Below are positions 1 to 9,608 of a stretch of DNA of 32,000 nucleotides, piece by piece. Each line of letters starts with the position of its first letter. Within the stretch, counting starts at the first letter, position 1. Below the pieces are notes generated by a model. That model saw only the letters and a list, made by a program, of their open reading frames with translations. It ran no database searches and was not told the DNA's origin. Source of the stretch: Candidatus Pacearchaeota archaeon. Lineage in GTDB: Archaea > Nanobdellota > Nanobdellia > Pacearchaeales > UBA284. The stretch covers positions 60,001-92,000 of the forward strand of contig CP061211.1 of NCBI GenBank assembly GCA_026016245.1, read 5' to 3'. Position numbers and translations under genes: made by a program.

Positions 1-589
1 CTTTTAAGCTATTTATTATTCCTAGATCTAAATCACCATCAATAGAATAAACTTTAATTTTTTCATAACCATACTTATCTGATAAATAACTTAAAATATA
101 ACCTTGTTTTTCTGATTCACCAATATTTTCTTTCTTATTTGAATAAAAGAATAAGATAATAGTATAATCCTCTTCACATTTTTCAATTCTTTTTCTGATA
201 AGTAGATAATGCTGTATTTGTAATAAGGTATAAGGCTTTTTTAATTCAATAACTCTTTTGTCATTCTTCCCTAACTGATTTTCAAGCATTATTATTCGTG
301 TTCCTAAATTATCTATTCTCTCTCCTAGTGCATAGAGAAAATAAGTGCCACAAGGATTATATTCTGCCAGGGCATTTTGCAATTCAATATCAAGCATTTC
401 TAATCTTATGTCTTCCTCTGTTGTTGTTATAGATTTCATCTTACTTGATGTGACTGCTGAACCTATGAGGATGCCTATAATGAAGAACAAAGTAGCTAGG
501 GCAATTGCTAAGAGATATCTCTCTAAGGATAATCTAGACTTTTTGACTGTTTTTGTTCCCCTCTTTCTCTTTCTTATCTGAATGACCAT
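1..589 (-). CDS. hypothetical membrane-anchored protein, partial (runs off the window's left edge; absent from supplied ORF track)
   Basis: Manual minus-strand translation from ATG (589-587) is stop-free to position 1: MVIQIRKRKRGTKTVKKSRLSLERYLLAIALATLFFIIGILIGSAV...CEEDYTIILFFYSNKKENIGESEKQGYILSYL... Basic N-terminus, one TM helix, then a soluble domain. Co-oriented 62 nt downstream of the GH3 gene. Confidence 0.55.
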   Translation of the reverse strand, partial: MVIQIRKRKRGTKTVKKSRLSLERYLLAIALATLFFIIGILIGSAVTSSKMKSITTTEEDIRLEMLDIELQNALAEYNPCGTYFLYALGERIDNLGTRIIMLENQLGKNDKRVIELKKPYTLLQIQHYLLIRKRIEKCEEDYTIILFFYSNKKENIGESEKQGYILSYLSDKYGYEKIKVYSIDGDLDLGIINSLK

Positions 590-651
590 CTTATCATCTT
601 GCTTTTGGAATTTATAAAAATTTATATAGAGAAAAGAATATTTTGGATTTG

Positions 652-1758
652 TTAATATTTTACATTAATACCCTTATAACTAAGAATTCTAATTACTGAA
701 GAATCAATTCTTTTTTCATCAATAATACCATCTTTTACTGCTTTTTCAATGATTTTTATCATATGATAAATATTTTTTATGTTTGGGTCAGTATTAAGAA
801 TGATATCATTATCAGCTTTGAACAGATCCATATACATCTGATCTTCATTTGTATAATAGTCTCTTAATCCTAACATTCTGATTTCATCTGTGATTATTAA
901 TCCATCAAACTTATTTCTTAATTCATTTGTCAATTGTTCTGAAACAACAGCTGGCTTTGATTCTGAATTTAAAATTCCTTCTGTGATTACATGTGAAACC
1001 ATAATAGCAGACACATTACTTTTGATACTTTCTTCAAAAGGAAATAAATCATTACTATCTATTTTAACATAAACAACATATTTATGAGGATCTTGAATAG
1101 AAAGTGTTTTTCCTGGATAGTGTTTGGAAGTTGCAATAATGCCATTTAATTGTAGGCCATTAATATAAGCATTAGCTTTTTCTGAAATTTCTTCTGGCGT
1201 GCCAATAAAACTTCTACAATTCCATATTTCATCCTTAAGGTCAACTACTGGAGCAAAATTTATTGTAAATCCTAAGGTTTTAAGTAACTTCCCTTCTTCA
1301 TAACCTACCTGATAGGCTTCTTCTTTAGTTTTAATTTCTTTCAGAGAAGGAAAATGATGGAAGTTTTCAAAAGGATTCCAGCAGCCTTCTAAATCAGTAG
1401 AAATAAATAAAGGGATATAAGCGTCTTTTTGGAAATAATTAATTTTATCAATAAATTCTTGAGCATTACTTTTTGCACCAAGATGAATTCCCCCTATTAA
1501 CATGTTCTGCAAAGCATTTTTATTTTCTTCTTTCCCAGATGTAATGATCATTTGGGCAATTTTTTGTTTCAAGGTTAAGGAATTAAGATATAGGGTATTT
1601 GTGGATTTATCATAAATGACCTTGGTTGGAGGTTGAATTTCAAGGGGTTTATCTTTTTCAAAATTTATAAAAACTAAAATTAGACACAATATTATAAGCA
1701 GAAAAGTTAAAAGAATCCCTATATTGATCTTGCTTATTTTATTTGATTTTGACATCAT
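652..1758 (-). CDS. glycoside hydrolase family 3 (NagZ-like beta-N-acetylhexosaminidase), N-terminally membrane-anchored
   Basis: GH3 N-domain motifs ATSKHYPGKT (KH[FY]PG), AIMVSHV and GLIITDEIRMLG. N-terminal hydrophobic anchor INIGILLTFLLIILCLILVFI. Start overlaps the upstream gene by 20 nt. Confidence 0.75.
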   Translation of the reverse strand: MMSKSNKISKINIGILLTFLLIILCLILVFINFEKDKPLEIQPPTKVIYDKSTNTLYLNSLTLKQKIAQMIITSGKEENKNALQNMLIGGIHLGAKSNAQEFIDKINYFQKDAYIPLFISTDLEGCWNPFENFHHFPSLKEIKTKEEAYQVGYEEGKLLKTLGFTINFAPVVDLKDEIWNCRSFIGTPEEISEKANAYINGLQLNGIIATSKHYPGKTLSIQDPHKYVVYVKIDSNDLFPFEESIKSNVSAIMVSHVITEGILNSESKPAVVSEQLTNELRNKFDGLIITDEIRMLGLRDYYTNEDQMYMDLFKADNDIILNTDPNIKNIYHMIKIIEKAVKDGIIDEKRIDSSVIRILSYKGINVKY

Positions 1759-2080
1759 AACCTTCTTTTTTGCAATAATTAAAAATTTTGTAATTTATTA
1801 AATAACTATAGTCAGAACTTTCAGAGATATAACAATACAAGTCAAAATTTTCTGAATCTATTTTTTTGCAATTAAGTTGTTTTTGCAATTCATAACAACA
1901 CCTATTTATGTCTGATATCTCACCCAACTCATCAACATTTTGAAAATAACATTTAGGAGAAGACATATCTAAATTATAAATCATATCTCCTGTAACTGAA
2001 TTTAAAGGATAAATTAGATTTATAGCCAAGATGATTACTAGTAGAATTAATATAATATTGATTGTTTTTACTGCTCTCAT
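1739..2080 (-). CDS. small Cys-rich secreted or membrane-anchored protein
   Basis: N-terminal TM/signal-like segment INIILILLVIILAINLIY followed by a Cys-rich soluble part. Sits in the operon between the pilus platform gene and GH3. No family recognised. Confidence 0.45.
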   Translation of the reverse strand: MRAVKTINIILILLVIILAINLIYPLNSVTGDMIYNLDMSSPKCYFQNVDELGEISDINRCCYELQKQLNCKKIDSENFDLYCYISESSDYSYLINYKIFNYCKKEGYDVKIK

Positions 2081-2113
2081 ACAGTAAGAATTATTTTATG
2101 ATTTTAAAAAGTT

Positions 2114-2947
2114 TTATGTTAACAGAGCTCTTGCTGCGGTAACAACTAGATAAGTGAATATGAGTAGTATTGCGCTGTGTTTGATACCATAATGTATTGA
2201 TCCTTGGCTTAACTTGCCTATAACTAAGCCAGCAAACAAGGCTTGGACAAGTAGTAAGATAAAGAATGATCTTTCAATTATCTCTGTTGAAATTCCTCCA
2301 CCAACAGAGATGCCAAGACCAGTTGTTTGAATTTCTGTTCCTGTTAATGCCCCAGCAATGAGGGGCATGAATTTTAATTCAACAAAAAGCATGATAACAA
2401 CAAAGATAAAGAAAATTATATAACCTTGAACAACCATGCTATAAACTCTTGCCATTCTCTCCTTTTTTAAGTCCTCTATTTCATTAACACTTTTTACAAC
2501 AGCATCTAGGACAGAGCCTATCTCCCCTCCAGAAGTTTCAGCCTCAATAATTAATTCTACAGAACGTGAGATAACTTTATTCTTGATGTCAGATGCAAAA
2601 GTCCTTAGTGCTTGTTTGACAGGAATAGCTATCTTGATCTGATTTGCTAATTTCTGAATATGAGGGGTAAGACTACTATAGTCTTTTGATGCCACATTTA
2701 TTATGCTCCTTGATATTGGTGCACCTACTCTAACACTTTCAACTAGATTACGAGCAAACTCAAGGAACATCTCTTCCTTTTCTTTTTCACGTCCTGTTTC
2801 TGTTATAAAGGAGATAAGGAAAGGCAAGACAGCTATAACTATTGCTATGCCAAGAAGAAAGTAAAAAAGGCTTTTGAGGAAGATAAGGCTAAGTACAACT
2901 ATCAAGATTGATGTTATGATTGCGATTACTTGTATTTTTTTAGGCAT
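2114..2947 (-). CDS. type II secretion system F-domain membrane protein (TadC/EpdK-like pilus platform subunit)
   Basis: Polytopic membrane protein with a cytoplasmic helical T2SSF-like core between TM segments. Immediately follows a second T2SSF-like gene and a FlaI/TadA-type ATPase. Confidence 0.65.
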   Translation of the reverse strand: MPKKIQVIAIITSILIVVLSLIFLKSLFYFLLGIAIVIAVLPFLISFITETGREKEKEEMFLEFARNLVESVRVGAPISRSIINVASKDYSSLTPHIQKLANQIKIAIPVKQALRTFASDIKNKVISRSVELIIEAETSGGEIGSVLDAVVKSVNEIEDLKKERMARVYSMVVQGYIIFFIFVVIMLFVELKFMPLIAGALTGTEIQTTGLGISVGGGISTEIIERSFFILLLVQALFAGLVIGKLSQGSIHYGIKHSAILLIFTYLVVTAARALLT

Positions 2948-2953
2948 TTTATT

Positions 2954-4231
2954 TTAAATTTCTGGTTGTGTTAAATGTAAAAATATGAGGAAAATGATGT
3001 TGAGTAGGGCTATGGCAACTATCCCTACATTAGCAAGTGTTGAGGCAGGCATTCCTATGAAGCTTGTGCCTATGATTGAGATTATTGCTAAGAGGAGCAT
3101 GAATATAAGTGGAGCTGCAATAAGCAAGGCAGTATAAATATCAGAATACATACCTATAATATTTGAGTATCTTTCATGGCTAAGTTTATAGTCAAGAAGA
3201 CTATTTTTTGCTTTCTCATTTAAATAAATAGTTAGATTGCCTCCTGTAGTGATTGTGGTGGCCATTCCATTGAGCAAGTCAGCAAATTTTCTGCTTGATG
3301 TTTGTCTTGATACATTTTTTAAAGCAGTTGTTAAATCATAGCCAAAAACATTAATCTGATTCACTATTTTTTTCATTTCTGTACTAAAGGCCTTATATTC
3401 TTTTGTTAGAGCCATTATTGAAAAAATTCTTGAAGGTTCTACTTTGCTAGAAGCTATGGCTGCCATATGAGATGTTGCAAAAGGAAGTTCAGAATCTACC
3501 TTCTTCCCATGAGAAGATGCTGTGTTTGACGGCCAGCTTAGTGTGAGGAAAAATATTATAGCTGTTAAAGCAATAACTATGGCAAAATTTCTTATGGCTG
3601 TGCTAAGAGAAGTTGTAAAGAAAAGAGCAATTACAAGAATTATAATAAAGGATAGTAGAGTTAAGAATAATATTATAGAAATATAGCTGCTGAGAGTGTA
3701 GGGCATGTTAGCTTTTCTCAGATCTTTCCCTATACTTTTGAAGAATGGTTTTTTAGAAAGTTTTTTTGAAGTGTTGTAAAAAATCTTATTTGCAAATGAA
3801 GCCAGGGCAGAAGGTCTTGCTATTATTTCCTCAGTTATCTCAGGTTTTTTCTTCAGAATTTTTTTTCTGACTTTTCTGAGGGCTTTTTTTTCTATTCCCA
3901 AGTCTTCTAAAAATTTTTCCTTACTTTCTTTTGTGATATAAACTGGGCCTGACACTGTTGTTATTCTTTCATATTTTTTTCTTTTTGCAGATGGCCTTTT
4001 TACTGGTTTTGCTTTTTCAACCACTATGCTTTCAACAAGAGCTCCAATTGGTTCATTAATTAGCTGAAGTTGATTAATCAGAGCCATGGCTGATTTTTCT
4101 ATCATTACTTTTTCTTCACCTCTGGCAATATTATAAGAAGCAGATAAAGCATACAATTCACGTACTATCTTTTCTGATCTGCTGATATTAGATTTTATTG
4201 ATCCCAGAGCTTCTTCTAGTATAGACACCAT
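2954..4231 (-). CDS. T2SSF-domain membrane protein (TadB/EpdJ-like pilus platform subunit) with long N-terminal cytoplasmic region
   Basis: About 190 aa of charged N-terminus, then TM helices flanking a T2SSF-like helical core (FSTEMKKIVNQINVFGYDLTTALKNVS). 6 nt from the next gene. Confidence 0.65.
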   Translation of the reverse strand: MVSILEEALGSIKSNISRSEKIVRELYALSASYNIARGEEKVMIEKSAMALINQLQLINEPIGALVESIVVEKAKPVKRPSAKRKKYERITTVSGPVYITKESKEKFLEDLGIEKKALRKVRKKILKKKPEITEEIIARPSALASFANKIFYNTSKKLSKKPFFKSIGKDLRKANMPYTLSSYISIILFLTLLSFIIILVIALFFTTSLSTAIRNFAIVIALTAIIFFLTLSWPSNTASSHGKKVDSELPFATSHMAAIASSKVEPSRIFSIMALTKEYKAFSTEMKKIVNQINVFGYDLTTALKNVSRQTSSRKFADLLNGMATTITTGGNLTIYLNEKAKNSLLDYKLSHERYSNIIGMYSDIYTALLIAAPLIFMLLLAIISIIGTSFIGMPASTLANVGIVAIALLNIIFLIFLHLTQPEI

Positions 4232-4235
4232 TTTC

Positions 4236-4427
4236 CTATTTTACTCTCCTTATTTTTAATTCAGATAGATTTTTTTTGATATTTCTGTTGAGAGTAATAA
4301 TATCTTTTTTTATCTCCTCAACTTTTTTCTCATCACCAACTTTTAGAGCCTGCTCGAGAGCTATGGTAGATTCTTTTGATGATAAAATCAATTGCATTAG
4401 AGAAGCTATTTTATCGCTTGATATCAT
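4236..4427 (-). CDS. small coiled-coil protein of the pilus operon
   Basis: 63-aa charged helical ORF packed 7 nt after the ATPase gene and 4 nt before the platform gene. No family recognised. Confidence 0.4.
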   Translation of the reverse strand: MISSDKIASLMQLILSSKESTIALEQALKVGDEKKVEEIKKDIITLNRNIKKNLSELKIRRVK

Positions 4428-4434
4428 TTTTTAT

Positions 4435-6012
4435 TTATTTTAATCTTTTTGCTTCTTCTGGCACATATTTTGAAAGCACAGCTTTTGGATTCTTATAGTA
4501 TTCATTGATCATTTTCTGTACTGTTGAAAAATCATAAATTCTCTTTTTATACAAGGCAAAGAGCAGTTTTGTTCTGATTTTGAATTCTCTAAGAATCTGT
4601 TCTTTTGAAAGTCCATAACGTTTTTGTATTTTCTCAAAAACTTTACTTTCTGTTTTAAAATAAAAAGAATCTTCAGATGGATTCCACATGAAAGGTGTAT
4701 TTGTAAGGGCAATGCCTTCTGCTGTAACATCAACTACTTCAATAACTTCCCTCAGACGTCTTGTTTCTTCTTTATCAACCAAAGCATGAGTCATTACAGC
4801 TACAGCATCTAGACTGTTTACAAGAGTTGGGCTAAGATTTATTGGTGGTGTTTCTAATCTTCTTATCACTGTTTCTACAGAATCAGCGTGCATTGTACTA
4901 AGTGATGGATGGCCTGCTGCCATTGCCTGGAATAAGACAAAAGCCTCTTTACCTCTGACCTCACCAACAATGACATAATCAGGATTTTGCCTGAAACTTT
5001 CTTTAAGCAAAGTAAACATATCTATCTCTCCTGCTCCTGCAAGTCCTGCTCTGGCTACGCTTGGGAGCCAGTTTTCTCTTGGCAAATTAATCTCCCTAGT
5101 GTCCTCAACAGAAACAACTCTTGCTTCAGGTGGAATAAAGAAAGCTAGAGCATTCAACATAGAGGTTTTCCCTGAACCTGTCCCTCCTGTTATTAAGATA
5201 TTTGCTTTGTACTGCATAAGAATCCAGAAATAAGCCAGCATTTCCGGACTTAATGTGTTCATAGAAATAAGCTGTATAGGTGTCCAAGGAACTTTAGTGA
5301 ATTTTCTTATTGTGAAAGTTGGCCCTCTACTTGTTATTTCAGTTGTGTATGTGGCATTTACTCTAGAACCATCAGGAAGTGTTCCATCAAGCAAGGGAGT
5401 GGCATAAGAAATGTAACGTCCACATCTTTGAGCAAGTTTTTCAACAAAACTTGCAAGCTCTTTTATATTTTTATAAGTAAGATTTGTTTTCATATTTCTG
5501 TAAAGTCTGTGAACTATGTAGACAGGTGTATTAACCCCATTACACTCTATATCCTCAATGAAAAAATCTCTAAGCAGGGGTTCAGTTTCATTAAGGCCAA
5601 TAAAATCACGGTAAAGATAATAAAAAATTCTTGAATAGGATTCTTCACTTAATGTTCTTCCTAGCTCATTTAGAATAAGCTTGGCCATCTTGTCAATATA
5701 AGATAAAAGAGCTTCTTGTGTTTTTTCTATTACTGCTCCAAGATTAATCAATTCGAGCATTCCTGATTCTATCTCTTCTAAAGTCTTTTTTTCAAATTCA
5801 TTTAATATGGGCTCTTCTACTTCATAAATCAGTTCAGAAGATTTTTTATTCCAGTATATATGTGCTGTTGCATGAGGTGCAATTAAGATGTAGCGAATAT
5901 TTATCTTTGTCTTGTCCTCCACTCTCCTTAAAACAGGAATTTCTGGATTAATATTGATTACAGGATGCTCTGGTTTTGGTGGTGAAGGGATTTCTGGAAC
6001 TGGCAAAGCCAT
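4435..6012 (-). CDS. type II/IV secretion family ATPase (FlaI/TadA/PilB-like pilus assembly ATPase)
   Basis: Walker A ITGGTGSGKTSMLNAL, Walker B-like PDYVIVGEVRGKEA, His-box AAGHPSLSTMHADS. Archaeal FlaI-like N-terminal domain. Confidence 0.85.
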   Translation of the reverse strand: MALPVPEIPSPPKPEHPVININPEIPVLRRVEDKTKINIRYILIAPHATAHIYWNKKSSELIYEVEEPILNEFEKKTLEEIESGMLELINLGAVIEKTQEALLSYIDKMAKLILNELGRTLSEESYSRIFYYLYRDFIGLNETEPLLRDFFIEDIECNGVNTPVYIVHRLYRNMKTNLTYKNIKELASFVEKLAQRCGRYISYATPLLDGTLPDGSRVNATYTTEITSRGPTFTIRKFTKVPWTPIQLISMNTLSPEMLAYFWILMQYKANILITGGTGSGKTSMLNALAFFIPPEARVVSVEDTREINLPRENWLPSVARAGLAGAGEIDMFTLLKESFRQNPDYVIVGEVRGKEAFVLFQAMAAGHPSLSTMHADSVETVIRRLETPPINLSPTLVNSLDAVAVMTHALVDKEETRRLREVIEVVDVTAEGIALTNTPFMWNPSEDSFYFKTESKVFEKIQKRYGLSKEQILREFKIRTKLLFALYKKRIYDFSTVQKMINEYYKNPKAVLSKYVPEEAKRLK

Positions 6013-6097
6013 TTTTATCTATCTCTTTTATTACCTCTTTTATTCTCTAAAATATATATTAAAATAGGAGAATTGTTATTTAAATTTAACGAAAATT

Positions 6098-6358
6098 TTA
6101 TTTTTTATCTCTTGATTTATACATTTCAAGCCATTCTTTGCTCAATGGCCAACCTTCAAATTTTTCACACGGAAACTTATCACAATCTTTAGAGCAGACA
6201 TCAGTCTTATTGCTGACTGCACACCCAAGTATAGGGCAATTAGCCTTTATACTTTTTAAGAATTCAATATGTTCTTTTGTTTTATCACAACCTTTACAAA
6301 TTCCCTTAACAAACAAACCACAAGTTTCACAACAAATACCACAAGCACCGACTTTCAT
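6098..6358 (-). CDS. small Cys-rich (probable metal/Fe-S binding) protein, DUF3795-like
   Basis: Cys-dense sequence in an 86-aa protein, with patterns [37 protein letters not shown] 4-nt overlap with the L24e gene. The DUF name is from memory of the Cys pattern only. Confidence 0.5.
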   Translation of the reverse strand: MKVGACGICCETCGLFVKGICKGCDKTKEHIEFLKSIKANCPILGCAVSNKTDVCSKDCDKFPCEKFEGWPLSKEWLEMYKSRDKK

Positions 6359-6543
6359 TTCCCTTCTTCCTCTTTTTTCTTCTTCCTCTTCCTTATCCAG
6401 CCCAATCTTTTTTTATTTCTTCCTAACTTATGGGCCTTACGGCACTTCCCAGAACAAAAATGAAGGATCTTGCCTTCAGCAGTAACAAACATTATGCCTT
6501 TTCCAGGTTCAATATCTTGAGAACAGAAAGTACATTTTGCCAT
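6355..6543 (-). CDS. rpl24e: 50S ribosomal protein L24e
   Basis: [20 protein letters not shown]...HFCSGKCRK Zn-ribbon signature typical of L24e. Sits beside S28e/L7Ae. Confidence 0.9.
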   Translation of the reverse strand: MAKCTFCSQDIEPGKGIMFVTAEGKILHFCSGKCRKAHKLGRNKKRLGWIRKRKKKKEEEGK

Positions 6544-6544
6544 T

Positions 6545-7054
6545 TTATGTAATAAATATTTCTCTTCTCTTAGGAATGATTATATTTCCAGAGTATTTTA
6601 ATTCATGGGCTTTTCTTTCTTTAAAAAATATGGTTTCTAATCCATCAAATTTTTTAATATCCCCTTGGTTTTCATCGAAATATTCATATTTTCCTTGTTT
6701 AAATTTTACAGGACCTCTAAATGGCCTTTCTATTTTAATATTTTGTAGTGTTTCTTTTAAAAAATCAAAAGTTTCTTCAGCAAATTCATAATCAAGATTG
6801 GCATCTATCATGCTAGTCATGCCCCAACCATAACTCATAGACCATATAAGTTCTCCCTTAAATCTTACAGTTTCAAAGCCACGAATAAGATAAAAACCTA
6901 CATAATAATCTTCATATTTTAAATCTCTTTCATTATATTCAAATTTTTTAAATCCTGGGATTTCAGAAACTACTTCTTTCCCATCACCAGCCCAAGTCAC
7001 TTTTTTAGCTTTAACTAAAAATTTTGCAAGCTCTTGCCTATGTATTTCTTCCAT
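6545..7054 (-). CDS. conserved hypothetical protein (DUF5680-like) inserted in the r-protein operon
   Basis: Pattern [17 protein letters not shown]...YEDYYVG...[12 protein letters not shown]...FDFLKETL...RPFRGP...GKYEY resembles my recollection of DUF5680. 1-nt gaps to both neighbouring genes. Confidence 0.45.
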   Translation of the reverse strand: MEEIHRQELAKFLVKAKKVTWAGDGKEVVSEIPGFKKFEYNERDLKYEDYYVGFYLIRGFETVRFKGELIWSMSYGWGMTSMIDANLDYEFAEETFDFLKETLQNIKIERPFRGPVKFKQGKYEYFDENQGDIKKFDGLETIFFKERKAHELKYSGNIIIPKRREIFIT

Positions 7055-7055
7055 T

Positions 7056-7349
7056 TTATGTAAAAGCTCCTTTCATCACTTTAGTTCTGATTCTTCTAGC
7101 CTCAATTTGAGTTTCCCTTAACATCAAAACATCTCTTAATCTTACAGGACCTTTAACATTTCTCCTAATGAGCTTGCCTTTATCAGACCCTTGAAGAACT
7201 CTAACCTTAACTTGTGTTAGCTCTCCTCTAAAGCCTGTCCTTCCACTTATTTCTTCAACTACTGCAGGCACAGCACCGCCTACTATCTTATCTACACCTT
7301 TCATACCTGCTGTTTTAGTCTCTCTAATATGCTGCTGCTTTCTTCCCAT
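7056..7349 (-). CDS. rps28e: 30S ribosomal protein S28e (with N- and C-terminal extensions)
   Basis: Core [57 protein letters not shown] is canonical S28e. About 25 extra N-terminal residues; an internal Met at codon 16 is an alternative start. Confidence 0.9.
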   Translation of the reverse strand: MGRKQQHIRETKTAGMKGVDKIVGGAVPAVVEEISGRTGFRGELTQVKVRVLQGSDKGKLIRRNVKGPVRLRDVLMLRETQIEARRIRTKVMKGAFT

Positions 7350-7358
7350 TTTACCTTA

Positions 7359-7754
7359 TTATTTATTTTTTTCAGGTTTTTCTGCGGGCTTAGCTTCTTC
7401 TTTTTTCTCCATAGGTTCTTCCTTTTCCTTTTTTGCAGGCTTTGTCTTAGTTTTTCCTAGAAATGAGATTTGTGATGCAGCATCTCCTGCCTCTATAACA
7501 GCAATAGAAGCGCATCCAACATTAATACCTGCAGCCACTCCCAGCTTTTTTTTACTGTCTGCTGTTGTGTAAGCAATTCCTTTTTCATCACACAATAAAG
7601 GCAGATGTTGTATAACTTCTTTAGGTTCAACATCCTCTGCTATAACAACTAGCTTTGCTGTTCCTCTCTCTATTGCTTTGGTAACTTCATTTGTTCCTTT
7701 CTCTATTTTTCCAGTCTTTCTTGCTAACTCCACGACTTCATAAGCAGAAACCAT
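7359..7754 (-). CDS. rpl7ae: 50S ribosomal protein L7Ae with Lys/Glu-rich C-terminal tail
   Basis: [48 protein letters not shown] is canonical L7Ae. The track start is 7769, but GAGGGAGGT (an SD-like element formed by the first codons of that extension) lies just upstream of the ATG at 7754, so the shorter start is preferred. Confidence 0.9.
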   Translation of the reverse strand: MVSAYEVVELARKTGKIEKGTNEVTKAIERGTAKLVVIAEDVEPKEVIQHLPLLCDEKGIAYTTADSKKKLGVAAGINVGCASIAVIEAGDAASQISFLGKTKTKPAKKEKEEPMEKKEEAKPAEKPEKNK

Positions 7755-7962
7755 TTTAACCTCCCTCATCTTTTAATTTAAAATCAGTCATATGGTCTAA
7801 AGAATTAGAAAAAAGAGATTTAAAAAGGTTTCGAGAAAAATAAAATATCAATAAAATAATAAAAAAAGAAAAAAAAGAAAAATAAAAAGGTTAAAAAATA
7901 AAAAATTAAATTTTTGTTTTGTTGTTTTTGTTTTGTTTAGCCTTCGGGATTCTCAACTAGAC

Positions 7963-9342
7963 TTAGTAGTAGCTCTCAATAGCTTCAGGCTTTTCCTCTT
8001 CACCAGCTTGTTTTTGTTTTACAAGCAAGAATACAAGTAAAACAATAACTGCAATAGCAAGGATTATACCTACAACCATTAAGATTGCTTCCCAGTCTAC
8101 TCCGTTACTTTGTTCAACGTTTGCAGTAAAGTTGAACTGCTTAGCTTCATTGCCATACTTAACACGTACAGTGAAAGGATATTTTCCTTCAGATGTGTCT
8201 TCATTAATATCTAAGTAGACATTAATTATCCTGCTCTCTCCATTTGCTAGACTGAAAGAAGCTGGGTTGATTTTGACTGTAGACCAGCCATTAGCTCCTA
8301 GAACTTCAACAACAAAGTTTTCGCTAGTTTCACCAAGGTTTGTCACAAAAAGACTGAATTTAGCCTCTTCACCTTGTTTTGCAAAAGCTTCTGTAATCTG
8401 TGGAAGAACTTCAATCTCTCTTTCAGCTTCTCTTTCAAGGACAAGAGTTCTAGTTTCTCTTGTTTCAAGCTCAGAGTTGTAAACTTCAATAACAAGATTG
8501 TAGATTCCTTCATCTTCTGGCAATCGTAGAGCTATAGTTACTTTTTCTGCATCTTCGTACTTACCGTCACGGCTTCCTAGATCGCCTAGATAGACAGTTC
8601 TTTCTATGCAAAGTTCAGGAATGCTTAGCTTAACAAAGACATCTTCTGCAACATGGTTTCCTCTATTCTTAACAACAATATCTGCATAAAGAGTTGTATC
8701 TGCTTCGAATGTAACTGAACATCCACCACAGACTCCTTTATAGAAATTGTTGTGATCATAAAGATCAACAGACAAAATCTCAAGAAGATTTGAAACACGT
8801 TGCACGTCAGTCTTTATTTCAGCTTCATCCACACCACTGAATTCTTTCTTGCCTTCTATCTTGACGTGTAGAGTATACTGGTCACGAGCATCGACATCAT
8901 AAGGTATCTCTAAAAATAGAGTCTTAGAGTAAAGATTACCTCTGAAAACATCGAATTCACCAGTTCTGTCCTCTATCTCTTCTCTGTAGCCGTTTATCCA
9001 AGCGTGAACTTTCACTTCGTCTAGGTTTCTATTAGCCTTAAATACAACTTTAACAGACATGCTTTCTCCTCTTTCAAGAGCAGGAGTTGCAATCTGCCAT
9101 GTATAGCAAGTGTATCCACCATCTATAACAGGATCAGGTTCCCAATAAGGTGGTGTTGGCCAACAATAACCATACCAAACAACATTGCTGTTGACATATA
9201 CAGTCATTTCTTGGATTTCAGGCATAGTATCTTGATGCCATTCATCAGCAACTGCTCCACCAAGTAACCCTAGAAATACTCCAACAAAGGCCAAAACTAA
9301 AAACAAACCAAGTTTGTTTTTCATTTTGTTTTGGTTTTTCAT
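7963..9342 (-). CDS. cell-surface (S-layer-like) protein with signal peptide and C-terminal TM anchor
   Basis: N-terminal signal LGLFLVLAFVGVFLGLLGGAVA, beta-rich Ig-like/CARDB-like modules (FSLFVTNLGETSENFVVEV...GESRIINVYLDI), C-terminal TM ILMVVGIILAIAVIVLLVFLLV plus an acidic tail. Followed on its strand by long T-tracts. Confidence 0.6.
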   Translation of the reverse strand: MKNQNKMKNKLGLFLVLAFVGVFLGLLGGAVADEWHQDTMPEIQEMTVYVNSNVVWYGYCWPTPPYWEPDPVIDGGYTCYTWQIATPALERGESMSVKVVFKANRNLDEVKVHAWINGYREEIEDRTGEFDVFRGNLYSKTLFLEIPYDVDARDQYTLHVKIEGKKEFSGVDEAEIKTDVQRVSNLLEILSVDLYDHNNFYKGVCGGCSVTFEADTTLYADIVVKNRGNHVAEDVFVKLSIPELCIERTVYLGDLGSRDGKYEDAEKVTIALRLPEDEGIYNLVIEVYNSELETRETRTLVLEREAEREIEVLPQITEAFAKQGEEAKFSLFVTNLGETSENFVVEVLGANGWSTVKINPASFSLANGESRIINVYLDINEDTSEGKYPFTVRVKYGNEAKQFNFTANVEQSNGVDWEAILMVVGIILAIAVIVLLVFLLVKQKQAGEEEKPEAIESYY

Positions 9343-9608
9343 TTATATTTATTTAATTTTAAAATTGTTTATGTTATTATTTTCAAGTGACAGCCTTTTA
9401 TAAACCTTTCTGTTATTCGGTTATTTGTTACCACCTATTTAGAATAACAAGAATAATAACAAAATTTCCCAGAATCAGAAGAAAATAAAATCCCGACGGT
9501 AAAGTATATATTAACTTATTAGTGGTAACACACCAAAACATTTAAATAGCTCCTTTTCTTGCTTATTTCATAAAAATTAAACTAAATTGAAAGTTAAAAA
9601 AACAAAAA

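Noticed and set aside
345-581. 78-aa plus-strand ORF at the left edge
   Set aside because: It lies fully antisense to a longer stop-free minus-strand frame (1-589) with a sensible start, a basic N-terminus and a TM helix, and its own sequence is low-complexity. The same logic applies to the other antisense or shadow ORFs in the track: 890-1072, 4509-4733, 4624-4812, 5428-5634, 6138-6485, 6269-6463, 6537-6791, 8267-8482, 10683-10883, 11773-11979, 15251-15499, 15611-15796, 15860-16054, 17025-17246, 17451-17633, 17735-17929, 17740-18099, 18207-18560, 21005-21307, 21207-21419, 22073-22294, 24285-24578, 25053-25334, 25777-26049, 25994-26320, 26800-26988, 27815-28006, 28151-28393, 28547-28735, 28890-29102, 29988-30197 and 30338-30658.
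7770-7962. Homopolymer- and GTTTT-rich low-complexity tract as a candidate repeat element
   Set aside because: On the minus strand it reads as consecutive T-tracts directly after the surface-protein stop codon, which is typical archaeal termination signal, plus the L7Ae promoter and SD. It has no defined repeat unit.
9426-9530. 9-bp inverted repeat (tgttaccac / gtggtaaca) in the 266-bp intergenic region upstream of the surface-protein gene
   Set aside because: It is short enough to arise by chance in a 32-kb window. No additional structure or repetition supports an RNA gene or an origin element.
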